Assembly (NCBI GenBank): GCA_020348345.1
Contig: CP070748.1
Location: forward strand, 449,210 to 513,209
Direction: 5' to 3'
DNA length: 64,000 bases
Source of the DNA: Methanobacteriota archaeon
Lineage (GTDB): Archaea; Thermoplasmatota; Thermoplasmata; UBA10834
A model generated the notes under the pieces. That model had not been told where the DNA came from, did not search any database, and saw nothing but the letters and a program-made list of their open reading frames with translations. The translations under genes and the position numbers were made by a program. Numbering within the stretch: position 1 is the stretch's first letter; every line of letters starts with the position of its first letter. This document shows positions 58,418-64,000 of the stretch, one piece after another.

Positions 58418-60511
58418 TCAGGCCTCCTCCGCCTTCTTCGCGGGCTTCCTCGCCTTGCCGTTAGTCCCCTCCATACCCCCCAGGGCGGAGACTATCTCGG
58501 AGGCTATCTGTTCGTCGGTGAATTGGTTCGCTGTGATGGCCTTCTGCGGACACGCCGCAACGCATGTACCACATCCGTGACATAGCGCTTCCACAACCTT
58601 CGCCTTCGTTCCATTGTCTGTCTCAACGATCTCGGGGGCGCCATACGGACACATCTCAACACAAAGGCCACATCCGATGCAGAGTTCCTCATTGATGGAA
58701 GCGGTGAGTGGCTCGATCTTGACCTTCTTGCCAGCCATGATGGATGCTGCTGACGCCGCCGCTGCCTTAGCCTGAGCGACGGAATCGGGTATGTCCTTGG
58801 GGCCCTGGGCGCATCCAGCGAGGTAGATGCCGTCAACAGCCGTGTCGACCGGCCTTAGCTTCGGGTGTGCCTCCTGGAAGAAGCCGTCCGGGCTTAGGGA
58901 TAAGGAGAGTATCTTACCGATCCTCTTGCTGCCCTCCGACGGTTGAAGTCCCGTGGAAAGGACGATCAGGTCGAACTCCCTTTCTGTTATCTTGTTCAGC
59001 AACGTCTCCTCGGCCCTAATCGTGATGGAGTTCGTCTCGGAATCCTCGCTCAGCTTCGCCGGCCGTCCTCGTATGAACTCGATGCCATACTCCTCTCTGA
59101 CACGATGATACAGCTCTTCGAAGCCCTTCCCGAACGCCCTGATGTCATTGTAGTAGACCGCGATTTCGGTGTCGGGTTCGTGCTCCTTGATGATTTGGGC
59201 GTTTTTCATCGAGTACATGCAGCAGACGCGAGAGCAGTAGTCGTTGCCTATCTTCTTGTTCCTCGAGCCGACGCATTGGATGAAGGCGACCCTCTTGGGG
59301 CTCTCGCCGTCGGACGGCCTTATCAGATGTCCTCCCGTCGGACCCGAGGCGTTCAGCAGCCGTTCGAGCTCCAAACCTGTGATGACATTCTGATATTCCC
59401 AGTATTTGTATACGCCGCGTTTCATCGGGACATAGATGTCGAAGCCAGTAGCGCATATTATCGTGCCGACCTTCAGCTCGACCATTTCGTCCTCCATCTC
59501 ATGGTCGATTGCCTCGTTGGCGCATGCCTTCAGACAGGCCTTGCACTTCCCGGTTTTGAAATGGATGCAGTTATCCTTGTCGATCGTGTATTTCAGCGGC
59601 ACCGCTTGAGGAAACGGCACATAGATCGCCTTCCTCTTCCCGAAACCCATATCGAACTTGTTGTCGACTTTGACTGGGCAAGCATCGGCGCAGACTCCGC
59701 ACCCCACACACTTGTCCTCCACTACGTATCTAGCCTTTCTTCTGACCTTGACACTGTAATTGCCAATGAATCCGCTGACGTCCTCCACCTCCGAGTAGGA
59801 TAGGAGCGTTATGTTGGGGTGTCTGGCCAGTTCCACCATCTTGGGCGCCAGAATACATATTGCGCAATCCCCTGTGGGAAAAGTCTTGTCGAGCTGAGCC
59901 ATGCGTCCTCCGATGCTCGGCTCCGACTCCACGACGAATACCTTGAACCCCATCTGGGCCAGATCAAGGGCGGCCTGGATACCTGCGACTCCTCCGCCGA
60001 TCACAAGAGAGGATTGCTCGACCGGCACCTCTCTGGCCTCGAGCGGAACCAGCTTCTCGGCCTTGGCGATACCCATCCTGACGAGGTCTACGGCCTTCTC
60101 TGTAGCCCTGTCCTTCTCCTTGGAATGGACCCATGAGCATTGCTCTCGCACATTCACCATCTGAAGCATATACGGGTTGAGGCCGGCCTCCTGGATGCAG
60201 CTCCTGAAGGTGGGCTCGTGCATCCGGGGCGAGCACGCTGCAACGACAACCCTGTTCACATCGTTCTCCTTGACGGCCTTGATGATCTCTTCTTGACCGA
60301 GGTCGGAGCATGTGTACTTGTTCTCCTTCGCCACGACAACGCCCGGAACCTTCTCGGCCGCTTCCCTGACCTTGGAAACATCAACAGTGCCTGCAATGTT
60401 GCTGCCGCAGTGACAAACAAAAACTCCGATTCTGGGCGTCATCGAATCCTTTGCAGGCGGCGTCTTCGGTCCTTCCGGGGCTCTCTCTTCGAGTGGTTCG
60501 GGTGAACTCAT
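58418..60511 (-). CDS. hdrA: Heterodisulfide reductase subunit A (canonical roughly 700 aa architecture)
   Basis: N-domain [19 protein letters not shown] domain [17 protein letters not shown]...[11 protein letters not shown], inserted and C-terminal ferredoxins (CVGCGVC, CIGCGLC, CHGCGTC); SD GGAGGGG. Confidence 0.9.
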   Translation of the reverse strand: MSSPEPLEERAPEGPKTPPAKDSMTPRIGVFVCHCGSNIAGTVDVSKVREAAEKVPGVVVAKENKYTCSDLGQEEIIKAVKENDVNRVVVAACSPRMHEPTFRSCIQEAGLNPYMLQMVNVREQCSWVHSKEKDRATEKAVDLVRMGIAKAEKLVPLEAREVPVEQSSLVIGGGVAGIQAALDLAQMGFKVFVVESEPSIGGRMAQLDKTFPTGDCAICILAPKMVELARHPNITLLSYSEVEDVSGFIGNYSVKVRRKARYVVEDKCVGCGVCADACPVKVDNKFDMGFGKRKAIYVPFPQAVPLKYTIDKDNCIHFKTGKCKACLKACANEAIDHEMEDEMVELKVGTIICATGFDIYVPMKRGVYKYWEYQNVITGLELERLLNASGPTGGHLIRPSDGESPKRVAFIQCVGSRNKKIGNDYCSRVCCMYSMKNAQIIKEHEPDTEIAVYYNDIRAFGKGFEELYHRVREEYGIEFIRGRPAKLSEDSETNSITIRAEETLLNKITEREFDLIVLSTGLQPSEGSKRIGKILSLSLSPDGFFQEAHPKLRPVDTAVDGIYLAGCAQGPKDIPDSVAQAKAAAASAASIMAGKKVKIEPLTASINEELCIGCGLCVEMCPYGAPEIVETDNGTKAKVVEALCHGCGTCVAACPQKAITANQFTDEQIASEIVSALGGMEGTNGKARKPAKKAEEA

Positions 60512-60874
60512 GATTCCCCTCCTGGCTAAGTCCAGACGAATTGACCCAGCCCGAGTGACCCCGCTGAGTTCGCCAAGTCAGTCTGGCGCATCCACTCGGC
60601 TCTGGCAATCCTGACGGGTGGGTGTAACAAAGGAGTCCTTAATATAGATTTCGTTGTCCATATTTCGAAAAACGCAGCCCATCCAGCGATAGTCGTTAGG
60701 TTGTGCCTTAATAAGACGTAGTATGTTATGCGGATATGCGTGGCGATGTTCGAAATCAGAACATTCCGCCACCCCATATGAATCCAACTCGTCGCCAGGG
60801 CGGAGAGCGAAATGTCCGCGGTGGAAGCTGGCGACCGTCAAAAGATCGAGATTCCGGCGATCCGTTCAATCGTT

Positions 60875-61963
60875 TCATGGTCGTCTCTTCGCGCGTTGAT
60901 ATCGATGCGATATGTTGCAGCTCCCTTCGCGGGAAACCATGCATGGGCCGACTGGACTCTGAGGTGTGCATCTCGAGCCGAACAACGGACAATCCTCGCT
61001 CGTGATAACGCCCCTCAGCATCTCCCCGCACCTGCATCCCTCCGGCTCCCGATACTCTCTGTCCAATATCGGGGAGACGATATCTGAGAACTTCTTGCGC
61101 GCATCGAATGCTTCGAGATCCCCCGCAATCATAAGGCCGCTGTTCGGTATCGTAGGGAAACCACGCCATTGCGCATCCGCGGGTACGAAGGCCTTCTTCA
61201 TAGCCAGCAACGCAGCCTGGTTGCCCTCGGTGCGCACCACCCTGGAATATTCGTTTTGGAGCTCTGCTCTGCCTTCTGCATGCTGCCTGGCCAGCATGTA
61301 GACTCCCATCATGAGATCCAGAGGCTCGAAGCCGGCGATGACCTGAGGGATACCATGTTCCGCCGATAGAAACTCGTAGGGAGCCGTGCCTATGATGGTG
61401 CTGACATGGCCTGGTTGGATCATGCCGTGGAGCTTGATCTCGCCCATGGATGAAATCGCTCTGAGCGCGGGTGGGACGGTTCTGTGGCAGCTGAGGACGG
61501 AGAAGTTGTCTGGAGGATTCGAGAGGAGCGCAGAAGCAGTTGTAGGCGCGGTCGTCTCGAACCCTATGCCAACGAACACCATCTCTCCGTCGAGCCGCTT
61601 CGCCATACTAACAGCGTCGTCGACCCCGAACACGATTCTGACGTCCCCTCCTTCAGCACGTATGTCGGTGAGGGACTGCGCCTCGCCTGGCACCTTCATG
61701 AGATCACCGAAGGCTGCAATCGTCACGCCCGCCTTCGCCAGGGCCATCGTCATCTCTATCTCCTGTGGAGGCGTGACACAGACGGGGCATCCTGGTCCTT
61801 GACGAATGTCAATCCCCACCCTTCTGAATTCACCTTCGAGTCCGAATCTGATGAGAGTGTCCTGATGAGTGCCGCATACATGCATCAGCGTGATGTCAAG
61901 CCGCATCCCCTCCAGCTCGCTCATGATCTTCCGGGATGTCTCTCTGTCTCTCAACCTAAACAC
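60875..61963 (-). CDS. hypD: [NiFe]-hydrogenase maturation protein HypD
   Basis: CGxH, GPGCPVCV and FETT motifs. Confidence 0.9.
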   Translation of the reverse strand: MFRLRDRETSRKIMSELEGMRLDITLMHVCGTHQDTLIRFGLEGEFRRVGIDIRQGPGCPVCVTPPQEIEMTMALAKAGVTIAAFGDLMKVPGEAQSLTDIRAEGGDVRIVFGVDDAVSMAKRLDGEMVFVGIGFETTAPTTASALLSNPPDNFSVLSCHRTVPPALRAISSMGEIKLHGMIQPGHVSTIIGTAPYEFLSAEHGIPQVIAGFEPLDLMMGVYMLARQHAEGRAELQNEYSRVVRTEGNQAALLAMKKAFVPADAQWRGFPTIPNSGLMIAGDLEAFDARKKFSDIVSPILDREYREPEGCRCGEMLRGVITSEDCPLFGSRCTPQSPVGPCMVSREGSCNISHRYQRAKRRP

Positions 61964-62330
61964 CGGGCACCACCATGCTTATGTTCCTTATCACACAGTC
62001 GCGGCCTCCAGTCACCTTGGCAAGCTCCCCGCACTTCGGGCATTCGAACGATGCTGCGAGCTGGTGAGGGCCGTCTTCTGGTGGGGAAGCCTCGCCCTTA
62101 AAGCCGCAACCGCATTCAATCTCTCCTCTTGTGGTCTGGAGATCGAGCACTGCACCTTCGAGCATCGTGTTCTTGGCAAGCACTTCGAATGCGAATCTAA
62201 GCTGATCATGCCCAAGCATTGTGAACTCCCCCAACTCGATAGTGACCTTGTCGATCTTAGAGGCGTTTCTGGCATTAGCTTCATCCATTACGCTCGCGAC
62301 AATCTGGCTCATTACGGAGAATTCATGCAT
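61956..62330 (-). CDS. hypA: Hydrogenase nickel-insertion protein HypA
   Basis: N-terminal MHE and Zn site CGCG...CPKCG. Confidence 0.85.
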   Translation of the reverse strand: MHEFSVMSQIVASVMDEANARNASKIDKVTIELGEFTMLGHDQLRFAFEVLAKNTMLEGAVLDLQTTRGEIECGCGFKGEASPPEDGPHQLAASFECPKCGELAKVTGGRDCVIRNISMVVPGV

Positions 62331-62333
62331 GGC

Positions 62334-62561
62334 TCACGCCTCTGCATCGTCTTGGGCCAACAGCTCGCGGAAGAGCTGGAGGGTCTTCTCAGCCTCTTCT
62401 CGGTCAAGCACTTCGATTGCGTAGCCTGCGTGTACAATTACGAAATCTCCAATCTTCGCGGTGACTAGCGAGATGTTGACCTCTCTGGTTACGCCGCCGA
62501 AATCCACCTTGGCGACGTTTCCGTCGATGGATTTCACCTCAGCCGGAACAGCGAGACACAT
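62334..62561 (-). CDS. hypC: Hydrogenase assembly chaperone HypC
   Basis: Begins MCLAVP (conserved N-terminal Cys2). The ORF track extends further 5' and overlaps hypF; the start is placed at MCLAVP. Confidence 0.85.
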   Translation of the reverse strand: MCLAVPAEVKSIDGNVAKVDFGGVTREVNISLVTAKIGDFVIVHAGYAIEVLDREEAEKTLQLFRELLAQDDAEA

Positions 62562-62596
62562 CGGACCGTCGGTATGAGCGGTTCGCCCATATAGTT

Positions 62597-64000
62597 TTAG
62601 CCGAGCAATCTGCCAGCAATCGCGTTTTGACCGACAGATATTCCTCCGTCTCCGTTGGGAACGCGCTGATGTGATGCGAAGGTGAGCCCTCTTCTCCTGA
62701 CGGCTTCCTCGACCCATGACGTGACCGGGTTGCTGAACGATACGCCTCCGCTCAAACCCACAGTTGCCAGGCCTTTGCTTTCCGCGATATCGCAGGCCCT
62801 ATCCGTCAGAGCCGTTACGAGAGAGCCGACGAACGAAGCCGCAAGATCGGCCTTGCGTGAATCGGAGGCAGCTTTCATCTCGAGAAGCTTTTCGAACATC
62901 GGTATCGTCTTGGCATATTCCACTCCATCACTGGTGCCGAACTCCACCTCGAAGTCCTCGCAGATGTCGCCCGTATCGAGCCATTTCTCCAGCTTGATTG
63001 CAGGTTCGCCTTCGTAGGTGCGTTTGCAGCAGATATCTAGTATGCACGATACGGCGTCGAGAACTCGGCCCATGCTCGTCGCCTTCACGCTATTGGGCAT
63101 CATCTTGGAGTAGACATCCGCCTCCTCCGGCGTGACAAGGGTCGGCTCTGAGCCTGTAATGAGTTGGATGGCAGTGACAACACGTTTCGGGTTAACGACT
63201 GCACGATCTCCTCCGAGGAGCGGAATCCCCTGTAGCGTGCACGCTCTGCTGTATTCCGCGAAATCCGCCACAAGAGTCTCACCGCCCCATGAACTGCCAT
63301 CATCTCCGTAGCCGGTGCCGTCCCACGCGAGGCATACGATCGGCTCTTGGATTCCGCGGTCTATCATAAGTGAAGCCGCGTGGGCATGGTAGTGCTGGAC
63401 CTCGATTGACTGGCACTTGAACTCCTTGGCAAGCCGCTTCGCCATTATTCTGGTCGAGTATCTGGGATGTTTGTCAAGGGCGATTGCATCGACCTCCTCG
63501 ACGCCCAAAAGCCCGGAAAGGTGGTGAATAGCATCACCAAGATAGCGAAGCGTTGGATGCTGCTGAGATTCGCCGATATACTGTGTCACGAAGATCTCCC
63601 TGTTCCTCGTAATCGAGCCAGTGACGTCCCATTGAGCCCCAACGCCTATCACCGTCTTGTCATGGTTTGCCGGAAGCGGGAGCGGAACATATCCGCGAGA
63701 CTTCCTGATGAAGCAGAGATCATCTCCACGAGGTTTCACGACGCTGTCATCGCATCTGTGGACTATCTTACGGTCATGGAGGAGGTAGCAGTCCAATCCG
63801 AGATCGTACGCCTTCGAGTTCTCTATCACCATCGGTTCTCCCGGCGGGTTGGCAGACGTCATTATGACCGCGTCGGTCTCAAGATGCTTGAACATCAGCA
63901 TATGAGCGGCTGAATATGGCAACATTATGCCCACATTGCCCAGACTCGGCGCGACGCCCGCCAGCACCGATTTCATTTCTTCCTTCCTCTGAAGAAGCAC
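62597..64000 (-). CDS. hypF: Carbamoyltransferase HypF, C-terminal portion (the gene continues beyond the window end)
   Basis: YrdC-like and Kae1/YgjD-like C-terminal domains; the acylphosphatase and Zn-finger N-terminus is not in the window. Confidence 0.85.
   Translation of the reverse strand: MLLQRKEEMKSVLAGVAPSLGNVGIMLPYSAAHMLMFKHLETDAVIMTSANPPGEPMVIENSKAYDLGLDCYLLHDRKIVHRCDDSVVKPRGDDLCFIRKSRGYVPLPLPANHDKTVIGVGAQWDVTGSITRNREIFVTQYIGESQQHPTLRYLGDAIHHLSGLLGVEEVDAIALDKHPRYSTRIMAKRLAKEFKCQSIEVQHYHAHAASLMIDRGIQEPIVCLAWDGTGYGDDGSSWGGETLVADFAEYSRACTLQGIPLLGGDRAVVNPKRVVTAIQLITGSEPTLVTPEEADVYSKMMPNSVKATSMGRVLDAVSCILDICCKRTYEGEPAIKLEKWLDTGDICEDFEVEFGTSDGVEYAKTIPMFEKLLEMKAASDSRKADLAASFVGSLVTALTDRACDIAESKGLATVGLSGGVSFSNPVTSWVEEAVRRRGLTFASHQRVPNGDGGISVGQNAIAGRLLG

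Noticed and set aside
39847-60511. Possible selenocysteine (TGA) recoding in MvhA, MvhD or HdrA, as in Vhu/Hdr of some methanogens
   Set aside because: All relevant active-site positions are encoded as Cys (for example DPCNSCGTH in MvhA), and the reading frames are continuous without in-frame TGA. The only interruption (42770-42772) involves a 2-nt frame offset, not a simple TGA read-through.
1-64000. Mobile elements, integrases, transposases and prophage genes
   Set aside because: No transposase, integrase or terminal-inverted-repeat signatures were found. The tRNAs are not followed by integrase genes. The near-identical repeats within the hdr array are paralogous coding duplications, not IS copies.

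Overview
This 64 kb window reads as an archaeal chromosome segment with roughly 55-60% GC. Archaeal hallmarks include Elp3, CDC48, Sec61beta, PorABGD-type pyruvate:ferredoxin oxidoreductase, two intron-bearing tRNAs and TATA-type promoters. A class-II LysRS hints at a Thermoplasmatota-like lineage, but that is only an inference.

Gene content from start to end:
- thioredoxin and an OsmC-like protein
- an SsuABC/NitT-type ABC transporter with a divergent XRE regulator
- three small wHTH or unknown ORFs, then Elp3
- a pair of large TPR proteins; the second carries a degenerate Mrr-like N-terminal domain and a C-terminal SAP-like motif
- a PRC-barrel protein and CDC48
- POR, with gamma and delta subunits fused
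- a tandem-GNAT acetyltransferase, class-II LysRS, a standalone CheY-like receiver and Sec61beta
- a complete, translationally coupled his operon (hisG-D-C-H-A-B-F-IE plus a PHP-type histidinol phosphatase)
- NikR
- two tandem secreted clostripain-like (C11) peptidases
- tRNA-Glu(CUC) and tRNA-Ser(GGA), each with an intron
- NadE and a divergently transcribed carbon-nitrogen hydrolase
- a REC-PAS-GAF histidine kinase followed by two paralogous membrane proteins
- MobA

The most striking feature is a roughly 21 kb single-strand gene array bracketed by [NiFe]-hydrogenase maturation genes (hypE and a hycI-like protease on one side, hypDACF on the other). It encodes MvhA and MvhG plus five HdrA paralogs:
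- one canonical HdrA
- two roughly 1010 aa forms carrying an extra N-terminal FAD module
- one divergent copy with an Arg/Glu-rich insert
- one HdrL-like chimera with a complete GltD/NfnB-type NAD(P)H module

The array also holds four MvhD modules:
- one stand-alone copy
- one fused to HdrC-HdrB
- two followed by a wHTH-like C-terminal domain, of which one is split by a 2-nt frame offset

Canonical HdrB and HdrC are present as well. I regard this array as a candidate multi-module flavin-based electron-bifurcating system of unusual composition.

No mobile elements, CRISPR arrays or rRNA genes were seen.
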